A stretch of 64,000 bases of DNA from a virus: IMG/VR virus record IMGVR_UViG_3300037258_000358, positions 3,840 through 67,839 of that record. One strand, written 5' to 3'. Within the stretch, counting starts at the first letter, position 1, and every line of letters begins with the position of its first letter. Below are positions 9,312 to 19,154 of this stretch, piece after piece. The position numbers were made by a program, and so were the translations under genes. The notes under the pieces are model-generated. The model was not told the DNA's origin. It saw nothing but the letters and a program-made list of their open reading frames with translations, and searched no databases.

Positions 9312-9855
9312 ACTTTCCAACCAGCCCTCTGACGACCAGGTCCGGACTTACATGAACGGGATGATCGAACTGATCGTCGAGCGCGAGGAACTGAACGCCA
9401 AGATCGGCGGCTTCCGGAAGCTAGCCAAGGCCCAAGGCGTCGAACTCAAGCGCGCCGACAACATCATCAAGATGCTGGATTGGGAGCCCGAAGAGATCAA
9501 AGCTGCCTTCGCCGCCGACCGGCGATATGCGGAAATCATGGGGATGCCCGTCGGTACTCAACTGGACCTCTTCGACGGATCGGCGGACACGGCGGCCGAC
9601 GTCAAGGAAAAGATGAAGTGGCGCGCCCGCGGCCGTATGCTGGGCCTGGCGGGAAAGGGGGACGCGACCGAGGCGCCCGAGGGTTGCCCCCCCGAATGCT
9701 GCCAGGCCTTCGCCGAAGGCTGGGAGGACGGCCAGGATGAGACGCAACAGGCTTTCCTGCGCATTCAGGGCGAGAAAGACGGGAAGGTCACGCCGATCAA
9801 GAAGGGCGCGAGGGCCAAGGCAGACGAAAAAACCGAGGATCCGCTTCTCAACTGA
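9295..9855 (+). CDS. GapR (DUF2312)-like DNA-binding protein with C-terminal extension
   Basis: QVRTYMNGMIELIVEREELNAKIGGFRKLAKAQGVELK... follows the GapR pattern (L..I.RL..E...I......AK..G). Confidence 0.55.
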   Translation: MPKPTELSNQPSDDQVRTYMNGMIELIVEREELNAKIGGFRKLAKAQGVELKRADNIIKMLDWEPEEIKAAFAADRRYAEIMGMPVGTQLDLFDGSADTAADVKEKMKWRARGRMLGLAGKGDATEAPEGCPPECCQAFAEGWEDGQDETQQAFLRIQGEKDGKVTPIKKGARAKADEKTEDPLLN

Positions 9856-9856
9856 G

Positions 9857-10366
9857 ATGCGCGAGATTGAGCCTCTGACAGCCAAAACGGCGCGCGCCAC
9901 GTGGGCCTATGACCCGGAGACAGGCATTCTCAGGTGGCGCATCCGGCCAGCACCATGTGTTCGGGTCGGCGACATCGCCGGAAGCGTGAATAGCAACGGC
10001 TATTTGAAGGTCGACTTTCGTGGCCGTACATATGCCGCTCATCGATTGGCGTTTCTGATAGCCGAGGCCCGATGGCCGCGCGGCGATCTGGACCATCGCG
10101 ACCTGGTCAAGTCGAACAATCGTCGGGACAATCGGCGCGAGGCGACGCGGTCGCAGAACGTCGCCAACGTCGGGCTGCGCCTCGATAACTCTAGCGGATT
10201 TCGGGGCGTCACGCGGCGAAGGTCCGGGTCGCGACCATGGCGTGCCGTCCATGTAGTCGACGGCGTTCGCCACAGCTTGGGCGATTTTTCCACTGCGGAG
10301 GAAGCAGGGGCGGCCTACGCCGCTTTCGTCGCCGAGCATCGCGGAGAATTCGCGCGGTGCAAATAA
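9857..10366 (+). CDS. HNH-AP2 homing endonuclease
   Basis: YDPETG, AHRLAF, DHRDLVKSNNRRDN, NSSGFRGV, LGDFSTAEEA. Confidence 0.9.
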   Translation: MREIEPLTAKTARATWAYDPETGILRWRIRPAPCVRVGDIAGSVNSNGYLKVDFRGRTYAAHRLAFLIAEARWPRGDLDHRDLVKSNNRRDNRREATRSQNVANVGLRLDNSSGFRGVTRRRSGSRPWRAVHVVDGVRHSLGDFSTAEEAGAAYAAFVAEHRGEFARCK

Positions 10367-10893
10367 TCGGCTGGGATCTCGGGAGCCACCTTTGCGGCTG
10401 GGCAGTCACCGACTGCGAGCACCTTCCTGCCGCCGGCGCCTTCGAATTGGATCGGTGCACTCCAGACACAATCGGCGACATGGGCGCTCAATTCAGCCGG
10501 CGCGTCATGGAGATTCACGAACGGTTTCCAGGCTCGACCCATTGGGTCAGCGAGCGCCCGCTGCTGACGCCCACTGACCTTAGATTCACCGTCGAGAGGC
10601 TCTGCGGCCTTTCGATTCTGCTCCAGACCATCGGTCGCAAGCTGGGGCTGGAATGCGCCATGGTCGAGCCGAGGACGGCCAAGGCGGAATGGGCTGGCCG
10701 AAACGCCTCAAAAGACGAGATGATCGCCATCGCGGTCCGGATGGGGATTCAACTGCCAAAGGCAAAGGCAAACGGTCGCGAGGACGCCGCCGACGCTTGT
10801 GCCGTCGCCAAAGTTGGGGTCCGCCTCTTCGCCCGGCAACACCTGACGCGCTGGGACCAAGCGATCTACCGACGCCAGGGAGGGTTGATCTAG
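10357..10893 (+). CDS. RuvC-like Holliday junction resolvase
   Basis: IIGWDLGS, VSERP, NASKDEM, DAADACAV; GTG start inferred. Confidence 0.75.
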   Translation: MQIIGWDLGSHLCGWAVTDCEHLPAAGAFELDRCTPDTIGDMGAQFSRRVMEIHERFPGSTHWVSERPLLTPTDLRFTVERLCGLSILLQTIGRKLGLECAMVEPRTAKAEWAGRNASKDEMIAIAVRMGIQLPKAKANGREDAADACAVAKVGVRLFARQHLTRWDQAIYRRQGGLI

Positions 10894-11474
10894 CGCGACA
10901 TCCAGTCCGCCACGCGCCGCAGATCGGACGGTGAATAGTCGCGCTTGATGTTGTTGCAGCGCCAGCAGATCATCCGGACGTTTTCGCGCTCGTAGCCTCT
11001 GTCATTGTCGAAGCGGTCTATGCTCGGGCTGTCATTTCTCTTCTGGCCCGAGCCGGTCGATCCCGTGCAAAAGGTCACGCCGCAACACTCGCAGTTAGGC
11101 TGCGCGCGAAGCCACTCTTCGACAGCCTTCGGCGACAGCCATTCTGGCTTTGGCCAACCGCGGTCGCGACACCTCATATAGATTCCGGAGGCCATGCTGT
11201 TCGCCTTGACCTTCAGCGGCACGCGGGCCTGTCGTGCCCGCTCTACAGCGCGTTGGCGGTCGCCGTGCGCCGTCTGGTAGAGTGCGCGACGCCTAGTCGC
11301 GATCCGTTCTGAGTTTTTGCGCCTCCACGCCGTCAATGTGGCTCGCGAACAAATCCGGCATTTGCTCGTCAGCCCGCGTCGGCACACCCGGCTGGGCGCG
11401 AAGAATTCTGACGTGTGCGGGTTGGGGGTCTGGCATTGGCTGCATACTTGAATTGGAGGCGAGGGAGCCATCAT
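10890..11474 (-). CDS. HNH-type endonuclease with N-terminal zinc finger
   Basis: CECCG...SPSIDRFDNDRGYERENVRMICWRCNNIK. Confidence 0.75.
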   Translation of the reverse strand: MMAPSPPIQVCSQCQTPNPHTSEFFAPSRVCRRGLTSKCRICSRATLTAWRRKNSERIATRRRALYQTAHGDRQRAVERARQARVPLKVKANSMASGIYMRCRDRGWPKPEWLSPKAVEEWLRAQPNCECCGVTFCTGSTGSGQKRNDSPSIDRFDNDRGYERENVRMICWRCNNIKRDYSPSDLRRVADWMSR

Positions 11475-12129
11475 GCTTGCCTACCTCATTTCCCCACGAA
11501 TGCCAGTTTTCCCTGTTCGACCGCGCAAATAATTCCAAGTACGGTCCGCCGACGAGCGCCTCGAGACGATCATATTGCTGATGCGGCTTGGCGGAGTGAG
11601 CGCCGCGCGGACAGTAGATCAGTTGCTCGACGCCCTTCGAGAGCCGGGGCGGTGAACCGCGACCAAAAAGAAAGGTGATCTCGGCCTGCTTTCGGAACCA
11701 ATATCCCATGGAAAGGTTCGGGCGCTTGCCGCGGCGGTCCTTCACCCAGACAGGCCCGAGGGTGCGGTAACTGAACCCCCACGCTTGCCCTAGGGCGAGT
11801 GCTTGCGGGACCATGGCGTCCAACACCCACATGACGAGGACGCAGTCTGACGCAGCCACCTCGGCCACGCTGAGGGCCTTCAGCATCGGCATCGGGACGA
11901 CGCGGTAATGCTGGACGGCCGCGCGCTGCGGGATCGCGCCGGCGCTCTGATAGGTTCTGAACGCCCATGGTGGATCGGCCAGGATGCAGCGAAAGCCGCC
12001 TTCTACGCGGGGGAGGGGGCCGAAGAGGGCCTCAAGCGCCAAGTCCGCTCTTTCTCGCCGAGCTTCGCCCCCGAGCCGCCTGCTTTCGAGCGCTGCACTT
12101 TCTGCGCCGAGAGAAGTTCCTTCAGACAT
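11293..12129 (-). CDS. MT-A70 family N6-adenine methyltransferase (start uncertain)
   Basis: ILADPPW, WGFSY, MGYWFR, HSAKP, YLELFAR, WGNE. Confidence 0.9.
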   Translation of the reverse strand: MSEGTSLGAESAALESRRLGGEARRERADLALEALFGPLPRVEGGFRCILADPPWAFRTYQSAGAIPQRAAVQHYRVVPMPMLKALSVAEVAASDCVLVMWVLDAMVPQALALGQAWGFSYRTLGPVWVKDRRGKRPNLSMGYWFRKQAEITFLFGRGSPPRLSKGVEQLIYCPRGAHSAKPHQQYDRLEALVGGPYLELFARSNRENWHSWGNEVGKHDGSLASNSSMQPMPDPQPAHVRILRAQPGVPTRADEQMPDLFASHIDGVEAQKLRTDRD

Positions 12130-12299
12130 TGGCTGGCGCTCCGGTTGTCGACGCCGATGGCCCGGGCCACCTCGCTCGTCCGCAGCGGCCGGCTGGCCTT
12201 TGACAGCGCCTCGAGCGCGCGCTGTTCACGTGTCGGACCCGTTCTTGGAGCCACCGGAGTTCGCCTCGCACCCCTCGTATCGGTATCGACGTAGAACAT
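12003..12299 (-). CDS. Small winged-helix protein
   Basis: ALEALSKASRPLRTSEVARAIGVDNRSASQCLKELLSAQKV...TWRL. Confidence 0.55.
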   Translation of the reverse strand: MFYVDTDTRGARRTPVAPRTGPTREQRALEALSKASRPLRTSEVARAIGVDNRSASQCLKELLSAQKVQRSKAGGSGAKLGEKERTWRLRPSSAPSPA

Positions 12300-13395
12300 C
12301 TGGCCAGAGTCGGCAATCCGGGGCGCCGGGAGGGGGGCCCCAATGGCCTCTATCCCAATCCTTGCGCAACTTCGTGCGCCAGCGGTCCATGGTCGACGTC
12401 TGCCGAGCCACGCCGGGCCATTCGTAGGTTCCGATGGCATGGCGGTTGCCGCCGGCCGGGGCGATGTAGGTCTCGTTTTCCCAGACGATGGGCTCGCCCT
12501 CGATGCACGGCTCGTCCGGCGGTTCCTCGACCTTGGGAAGGCGCCCGTCGGCGTACTGCCAGCGACCCTCGTCGATCGCCCTGGCCGGTGACATGGCATA
12601 GCGGCCGGCGTCCTTGGTCTGATCGTTCGTCTTGACGAACCGCAGCATCGCCTCGGTCACCACGGCAGGGTCGTGGCCATCCTCGGCGGCGTCCCGGAGG
12701 GCGTAAACGATCTTCATCGGGTCGTCGCGGCAGCGTTTCTGAGCCGCCTCGGTCGATGCATCGAAGATCCTGGCGGCGAGATTTCGGAGGTCCGGCGACG
12801 AGGCGTCCGGGATTTTCAGCTTCAAACTCGGCCTCGCGCGCGGCGGAGTAGAATCCTTCCTTCCTTCCTTAAGACTCTCTTCTAAGGAAGAAGAAAGAGA
12901 GTCTGTTCTTATAGGCGCCGCAAATGTTGCGGTCTCGAGACCACTCGCAGCATTTGCGGCGCGCTCTGTGGATGCAGGATTTGCAGTTAGTCCACTCGCA
13001 AATTTCGCAGGGGACTCGACCTCGAATTCGCTGGGAACCGACTGACCATTTCGGCGCTCGAGGATGCCGGGATCGCCTGGAGGGGGTGCGTTGGCATCCT
13101 CGTCGCGGCCGTTCGGGAAGATGGTAACCGGCGAGAAGTTGATCTCGATCAGGTCGGAAAGACGCCCTTGGCCACGAACGCGTTTGGTGCGCTTGATCAG
13201 TTTCCGCTCTTCGAGGTCGGTCAGCGCCGTAAAGACCGTTCTCTCGCAGAGATTGCAACCCTCCGCGATGGCGCTTTGCGCGGCCCAGCATCGACCATGA
13301 GTACCGGCGAGTTCGCAGAGATAGAGAAGGACCAGGAGAGACGTGTATTTGTCTACGCGCTGCGCCCACGCCCATGCCGTAGCTTGTCCGCTCAT
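12226..13395 (-). CDS. Phage replication initiator (HTH_36, lambda O-like)
   Basis: MSGQATAWAWAQ...LVLLYLCE...CWAAQSAIAEGCNLCERTV...LEERKLIKR; adjacent to helicase; internal iterons. Confidence 0.8.
   Translation of the reverse strand: MSGQATAWAWAQRVDKYTSLLVLLYLCELAGTHGRCWAAQSAIAEGCNLCERTVFTALTDLEERKLIKRTKRVRGQGRLSDLIEINFSPVTIFPNGRDEDANAPPPGDPGILERRNGQSVPSEFEVESPAKFASGLTANPASTERAANAASGLETATFAAPIRTDSLSSSLEESLKEGRKDSTPPRARPSLKLKIPDASSPDLRNLAARIFDASTEAAQKRCRDDPMKIVYALRDAAEDGHDPAVVTEAMLRFVKTNDQTKDAGRYAMSPARAIDEGRWQYADGRLPKVEEPPDEPCIEGEPIVWENETYIAPAGGNRHAIGTYEWPGVARQTSTMDRWRTKLRKDWDRGHWGPPPGAPDCRLWPDVLRRYRYEGCEANSGGSKNGSDT
12850..13012. repeat. Putative replication origin: four quasi-palindromic 13-bp iterons plus purine/AT-rich tract
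   Basis: CGCAAATGTTGCG 12919, CGCAGCATTTGCG 12946, TGCAGGATTTGCA 12973, CGCAAATTTCGCA 12997, inside the initiator gene. Confidence 0.65.
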
Positions 13396-14948
13396 ACCAT
13401 TCTCCCCCTCGGTGGTGGCTCGCTGGACCGGACGGCGTTCCAGGCGATATCGATCCAGACCTTGGCCGAGCGCGACGTGCTGCCGGCGCGGACCTTCCCT
13501 GGGATGATCTCGAGTTCCTTGGACGAGCAGCGCCGGTCCCATTCGTACCAGGCCGCGTCGTCGGACTTGGCCGGCTCCTTCTCGCGCTGCGCATAGAAGG
13601 CGTCGCGGAAGGGAAAGATGATGGCGTCGGCGCAGTTCTCGATGATGCTGGAGTCGCGTAGGTCGCCCATCTGCGGTCGCTTGTCGTCGCGCCTGCGGTT
13701 TTCCCGGTTCAGGTGCGCAAGGGCCATGATGTGGATATCCAGGTCGTCGGCCACGCCCGCCAGGTCGATCACGATATTGGATTGCTCGCTGTAGCGGTCG
13801 CCGCGTTTGCCGTCTGGCCGCATCAGGGTGAGGTTGTCGAGGATCAGAAGGCCCGGCCGGATCCCGGCGCGCGCCCATTTCGAAATGACCCGTCTGGCGA
13901 TCGAGCGCAGGTTCGAGGGTTTCAGCCCGGAGCGTTTGAGCATCTCGATCGGCCACCCAGCGAAGATGTCCCGGGCGTGGCGGAGCATTCCTCTCTGTTC
14001 CGCGGTGACCGTCCGGTTTCGCATGGCCTGGAAGGTCGGGAAGTCGGGCCCGAAGAGCGCATAGCCGATGTCGGCGAGGTGCCGGTGTGTCAGCTGCCCG
14101 ACAGTCATTTCGCCGCTCAACTCGAGCACGCCGAATGGCTGACCCTCGCCGATGGATTTGAGATAGGCCTCGCCGGTCTCGAAGGCGTCCGTATGATAGA
14201 TCTCGACCTCGCGCCACCACGCTGGGGCAGCGACCCGATTGGCAATCGAGCAGGCCAGGGCGCTCTTCCCCATACTCGAATCGCCGCCCATGATCGTCAT
14301 CTCTTTGGGAAGCAGGAAGCCGATCTGAGTGTGAAGTGGCTCGATGCCGCAATGGGCGCCGACAGGCTTCGACACGTCGTCGATATCGGCCAGGACGGCG
14401 TCTGCGGCTTCTTGGGCGCCAACAGGGGACAACCTGGGGTCGACGCGCGAGAGATCGGTGATCTGGCGCTCGGCCTCTTCGATCAGGGCGTCCGTGGTGA
14501 GGCGTCCTGTCTCTCCCGTTTCCGGAGCTTGGGCCAGCCGGATGATATCCCTGGCCGTGGCGATCAGCGACCGGCGGATGGCGAGCCCCTGGATCAGCCG
14601 GGCGTAATGTTCGGCCTCCCGCGCGGGCGGCGCATGTTCGATGAGGGCCAGGAAGTATTTGCGGCCGCCCAGTTCCCTGTAGGCGGGATCGCGCCTGAGG
14701 GCCTCGCCCACCGAGATCGGCTCGACGGCGCCGCTGTCGGCGATTTCCTCGCATATCGTCGTGAACAGGCGACCATGGAACGGCTCGAAGAACGAGGCCG
14801 CGTCGAGCTGCGTCTCGAGTTCGTGCAGCGCGTCATTGTCGCAGAGCAGGATCCCGAGAAGGGATTGTTCGGCCTCGATGTTGGCGGGCTGCTCGTCATT
14901 CGCGACGTCCGGAGAGCTGCGAAGATCGAGCATGCTCATAAGCGCCAT
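13392..14948 (-). CDS. dnaB: DnaB-like replicative helicase
   Basis: NIEAEQSLLG, GGDSSMGKS, SGEM, LAHLNRE...KRPQMGDLRDSSIIENCAD. Confidence 0.92.
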   Translation of the reverse strand: MALMSMLDLRSSPDVANDEQPANIEAEQSLLGILLCDNDALHELETQLDAASFFEPFHGRLFTTICEEIADSGAVEPISVGEALRRDPAYRELGGRKYFLALIEHAPPAREAEHYARLIQGLAIRRSLIATARDIIRLAQAPETGETGRLTTDALIEEAERQITDLSRVDPRLSPVGAQEAADAVLADIDDVSKPVGAHCGIEPLHTQIGFLLPKEMTIMGGDSSMGKSALACSIANRVAAPAWWREVEIYHTDAFETGEAYLKSIGEGQPFGVLELSGEMTVGQLTHRHLADIGYALFGPDFPTFQAMRNRTVTAEQRGMLRHARDIFAGWPIEMLKRSGLKPSNLRSIARRVISKWARAGIRPGLLILDNLTLMRPDGKRGDRYSEQSNIVIDLAGVADDLDIHIMALAHLNRENRRRDDKRPQMGDLRDSSIIENCADAIIFPFRDAFYAQREKEPAKSDDAAWYEWDRRCSSKELEIIPGKVRAGSTSRSAKVWIDIAWNAVRSSEPPPRGRMV

Positions 14949-15276
14949 GCTGTCTCCGCTTGGCAGTGCGGGCAGCCTCGGCTAGGGTGAATGAAGCCAA
15001 ACAAGGCGGTCGCGTTCCCTCCGTGGCTGGTCCCTCCGGCTACGAGACGGGAGATAAGCCGACAATCTTGGGCCGGGTGCGGAGTGTCGAGGCTCCCCCC
15101 GGCCGGCCGTCCTTCAATAGAACCGGGAATCAGGGCGACGCAAGGGCGCCATTCGCGCGCGAGCGAACGTCCGCGCCCAGACCTGGTTCCAAGACGCTAA
15201 ATGTAGCGTGGGAGTGGGGATCCGAACCGCTAGGGGTGGTGGAGCACCGCTCGAAAAAAAACTGCGGCGGTTTTGA

Positions 15277-15765
15277 TCACCGCCGGCGCGGCCGGTTCTT
15301 GGCCTCGTCTGCTTTCTCCCTGGCCGTGAGGCGAAGAGCGCTCTTCAGAAGCGAACCGGGCGCAGGCCGAGTCGGGCCGAACTGGACCGCGTAGCGCGAC
15401 GGCGCCGGGCGAGTGGGCGCTGCAGGTTTGGGCGTCTTCGGACGTTTCGACATCGGCGCGCCTTTCAGCTTGCGACCGCTGCGGATCTTCGATGGCTTGC
15501 GAGGGGCGAACGCCGCTTTCTTCCAGAGCGCCTTGATATGCGAGCGCACGGCCGCGTCCTTCGACGTCTTGGCCTTGTGGCACGGGATGCAGAGCGGCCT
15601 GCACGCCTCGTCAGTGTCGGGTCCCCCGACCCAGAGGCTCGAGTCGTGATCTATCTCGAAGGCGCCTTCGATCTTTTTGCCGCAGGCGCACCTGCCGTCA
15701 TAGGCCAGGAAGATTCGGGCGCGCCTGGCGGCGTCCATGGGGCCGCGCGGGGTGGCGCCTGTCAT
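15277..15765 (-). CDS. HNH endonuclease
   Basis: GRCACG...EIDHD...GGPD...LCIPCHKAKT. Confidence 0.75.
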   Translation of the reverse strand: MTGATPRGPMDAARRARIFLAYDGRCACGKKIEGAFEIDHDSSLWVGGPDTDEACRPLCIPCHKAKTSKDAAVRSHIKALWKKAAFAPRKPSKIRSGRKLKGAPMSKRPKTPKPAAPTRPAPSRYAVQFGPTRPAPGSLLKSALRLTAREKADEAKNRPRRR

Positions 15766-15923
15766 CGCCCCCTGACCTTCAGCGCCCGATCGATCAACTC
15801 AGCGACGGCGGCCGTGATCGTGACGCCGCTTTCCCTGGCGTAGGCCCTGAGCCGGTCGCCCAGATCGCGTGGGATCCGCATCGGGATGTTGTCTACCTCG
15901 TAAGGCGTCTTGGGTCTGGCCAT
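15762..15923 (-). CDS. Arc/RHH-like regulator
   Basis: IPMRIPRDLGDRLRAYARESGVTITAAVAELIDRAL. Confidence 0.7.
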   Translation of the reverse strand: MARPKTPYEVDNIPMRIPRDLGDRLRAYARESGVTITAAVAELIDRALKVRGR

Positions 15924-16255
15924 CAGTCCGGCTTGCCAGCTAGGCCGCAATAGCCGCCAGCGGGAAGGGGTGCCTTGATCTCGACATAGCCGTTTTCGTC
16001 CGGCTCCGAGTTGGTGACGGACCAGCCCTTCCAATGATCGAAAAGCACGTTGGGATGGACGCGCTGCGGCCCCATCACTTCATCTGTTCGCCACGCCATG
16101 CAGTCGGAGCCGATGCAGCGCGGCGCGCCCTCCATTGCCATATGGAGCGGCGGCCGATTGACGGCCACCGTGAAAATATCACCATCTGCAGTGCGCGCTT
16201 TGCCCGGCTGCCGCGCGAACGGACACCATTTGGTCTTAGCTTCGTCTTCGGTCAT
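15923..16255 (-). CDS. Phage hypothetical Cys-rich protein
   Basis: MTEDEAKTKWCPFAR...CIGSDCMAWR...GYCGLAGKP; RBS AAGGA. Confidence 0.65.
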   Translation of the reverse strand: MTEDEAKTKWCPFARQPGKARTADGDIFTVAVNRPPLHMAMEGAPRCIGSDCMAWRTDEVMGPQRVHPNVLFDHWKGWSVTNSEPDENGYVEIKAPLPAGGYCGLAGKPD

Positions 16256-16683
16256 GGGCGTTTCCTTTGGCGTTGAAACTGGCGCGCCTGAATGCGAGCT
16301 GTGATCAGTTGCGCGGCCAGCTCGCACGCAGCCAGGGCGTGCGGCCAATCGTCATGCTTGATGCAGGTATCGAGCGCGCGCTGATAGACGCCAAGTGTGT
16401 TCCTTTGCGCGGCGTCGTCTAGACGCGCCGTCCGGTAATAGACGGCGCCCTGGCTGGAGGAATAGACGCGCTGCTCAGTCATCATCGTGGCCGCTGGGAA
16501 GCGGACGGCCAGTCTGGCCGATCCATGCGATACGGAACACCTCCGAGATATCGAAATCGTCAAAGGCAGCCTCGACCGGCGAGCGGTCCGACAAGGCGTC
16601 GACGCCTTGCGCAAGACGGGCGAAGAATTCGCAATCGGGCATTTGGGAGTCTCCTGGTTAAGGGCGCGCCAAGTGGCGCTAGC

Positions 16684-17052
16684 CTAGCGGCGCATTCGGC
16701 GGAAGTTTTCGGCGTTTCGCTCTTCGATGGCGACGAGCTGAGCCTCGACGTCCGGCTGAGCCAGATAGTCGGCCCGTTGCTGGTTCTCGCGGATCGCCGC
16801 CGTGAGCCGATCAGCGAGAGCGGCCTCGTCAGTCGTGATCGAGAACACATGCGAATAGGTCTGGAAATTGCCGAAGAAATGGACTGTGCCGGGCACAAAG
16901 GCAGCCTTCCCGTCGAATCCTTCGGGATCGAGGCTGACGAAGTTGCCGTAGCGCTCAAAGGTCCGGTCGAGCGGGTCGCTGGCCAGCCGATCAAACAGCG
17001 CCTCGATGGGAAGAGTGCGTCCTCCGCCATTCGAGTTGATAATCGTCGTCAT
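16684..17052 (-). CDS. Hypothetical protein
   Basis: 122-aa ORF with RBS GAAGGA and an upstream promoter-like sequence. Confidence 0.65.
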   Translation of the reverse strand: MTTIINSNGGGRTLPIEALFDRLASDPLDRTFERYGNFVSLDPEGFDGKAAFVPGTVHFFGNFQTYSHVFSITTDEAALADRLTAAIRENQQRADYLAQPDVEAQLVAIEERNAENFRRMRR

Positions 17053-17130
17053 TTGTCGGTTTCCTTCTAAGAGGCGCGCCTGAGGCGCTGACAGTTATTG
17101 ATATCAAATTGATCGAGCCATGCAAGTCTT

Positions 17131-17349
17131 TTATGCGCACTCGCCGTCGTTAAATCCTTCCGGGCGAAAGCCGGTCTCGAGCGCCTCGATAGCGACGCTG
17201 ATCGGCCCGGAGATCGGCCGGCGATCACGTTCCATCTCGCGCACGAGCTGGGCGCCGCGGCCGGTCAGCCGCAGTGCATCGGCAAGCAAGCCCTGCGACC
17301 AGCCGAGACGATGCCTGGCGGCTATCAGGTCGGATCCAGTCTGGATCAT
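17131..17349 (-). CDS. XRE-family HTH protein
   Basis: LIAARHRLGWSQGLLADAL...VREMERDRRPISGP. Confidence 0.75.
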   Translation of the reverse strand: MIQTGSDLIAARHRLGWSQGLLADALRLTGRGAQLVREMERDRRPISGPISVAIEALETGFRPEGFNDGECA

Positions 17350-17610
17350 CGGGACTCCTCAGGTGATCTTGCGCGCGGGCATTATGCGCGCGTGCGCGGC
17401 CGAGGGACAACGGCAGAATTTACAGTCACCATTTCGGGCTCAGGTTGATCGCGCCAGCTGGCCACCGGGCGTTCAAGCGGGCGACAGCTTCGCGCTGGCC
17501 CACGTTCACCGGCTGGCCAGACTGGACGGTCAGCTTTGGCGTCGAGGCCTGCCAGCCCGCGTTCTGGATCGACTGGCGCGCATAGTCGTCGACAAAGTAA
17601 GGCGCGCCTC

Positions 17611-18998
17611 TCACGAGATGGCCCGCGGCAACACGGGATGCGTTTGCGCCCACGGGGCAGCTTGCCCATAGGGCACGACATCGCCGCCCCAGACCTTGCC
17701 GACCGCCCGCGATCTCGCGCAGGCGGTCTTGCCGGCCGCATAGGCGGAATCGACGTCCGCCGCCTCAACGTCCCCGGACCATGCGCTCGCGCGGCCTCTC
17801 GGGGTTCCGTACTGAATCGTCACATGAAAGCGCGACATCGGTTCGACTCCTGTTAGGTCTGGCGTTCAAGGGAACCGCCGGCCCGGGGGTGCTAGGTCAA
17901 AGTGACCGGGCCAGCGGCTCTTTTCAGCGTCAGACTCCTTTGCTGGCTAGGTGGAAAGGGCGGATTCGGTTCGCGCCAGATAGCAGCGGGCGAGCGCATA
18001 GGCTGTCCGGTCGGCGCAATCCCAGGCCTGCGTCCGGCGCACATGAAGTTGCGACGGCGTCTGGCTTTCCCACCATGAGCGCTCGGCTCTGGCGAAAGCC
18101 GGGCTCAGGGATTCGGTAAGCGACTGGAACGCCGCGATATCGGCGTCAGTCGGAACCTTATTCCAGTGGAACTCGAGGGGCGTGGTCATTGATCGGATCT
18201 CCGGATCAAGGCGCGCCACTGGCGCTGATGGATTATTGATATCAGAAACGAGCGAACGCGCAAGCCTTTTCAGGTCAGCGTCTGGAGGAAAGCTGCGAGC
18301 GCGTCGACGTTCGCCATGGCATGGCCCAGCCAGTGGAGCGCCCAAAGGGCCGCGGCGATGGAAAGGCCTGCGGGAATGAGGCGAGAGATCACGGCGCCAA
18401 CTCAGCGCGAGCTGTCGCCGCGTCGTCTTCGCATCCGCAATCGAATTGTGACCAGACACCGGCCATCTGGCGCTTGGCGCGCTGGACAGCCAGATCCGCG
18501 ACAGAGGCGCGCAAGGCGACGTCGACCGGCTGGCCATGATCGAGCCGGTCCAGAAGCAAATCCTCCAGCTCGATCCAGTAGCCGAGCGGCCGCGGCGACT
18601 GTGACCGCGCATAACGGCCAAGCAAGCGCCACGCGACATAGTCGAGATTGGGAGTCGTGGATCGAATGGTCATGGTCTGGGGTCCTCGTGAAAGGCGAGC
18701 CTGAGGCTCAGAAACGATTGAGGCGAACGCGGCGTGAAACGTAGCGGCCGGGCGACGTCCGGTCATACCCGGACAGAATGGCGAAGCCTTCCTCAGCATC
18801 GCCGGCGGCGAAAGCCTCTGCGGCGCACTCGGCTCGATGCTCGGCCTGAGACGCATAGAGGTCAGCCTCGCGACGTGAACGCTCAGCGATGCGCTTCGCC
18901 TTGTCAGCTTCCTTGTCTACGCCATAGGCGACGCCAGATGCACATTGCGTCACGCCGCGCGAGGCGAGGAAAGCGGCGATTTCGTCTCTGTCGGACAT
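17611..18998 (-). other. Cluster of small early hypothetical genes (17611-17838, 17947-18188, 18389-18673, 18708-18998)
   Basis: Short ORFs with plausible RBS, co-oriented, no recognisable motifs. Confidence 0.45.
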
Positions 18999-19154
18999 CG
19001 GTCTGATCCCTGGGGCGAGCCTGCGGCTCTGACAGATGATTAGTCGCAAATTTCGCAGGGAAGGTCAAGTCTATTCGGCAGGAAGTGCACCGCGCACCGA
19101 GCCATGCAAGAGGAAGAGACCGCGCGCGAGCGGAAGATATCAAGCCCGGTGCGC

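Larger units (their letters stand above)
17073..19035 (-). promoter_or_regulatory. Three dispersed copies of a 22-bp hairpin/palindrome leader motif (17073, 18694, 19014)
   Basis: GGCGCGCCTGAGGCGCTGACAG / GGCGAGCCTGAGGCTCAGAAAC / GGCGAGCCTGCGGCTCTGACAG, each just upstream of a minus-strand gene start. Confidence 0.6.

Noticed and set aside
11293-11474. MT-A70 C-terminal overlap with the HNH gene as functional dual coding
   Set aside because: Conserved motifs end at WGNEVGK; the tail is best explained as read-through after endonuclease insertion.
13396-14754. 842-aa ORF suggesting a helicase-overlapping initiator fusion
   Set aside because: The N-terminal half is an Arg/Pro-rich off-frame reading of dnaB; the real gene starts at 13395 with an RBS.
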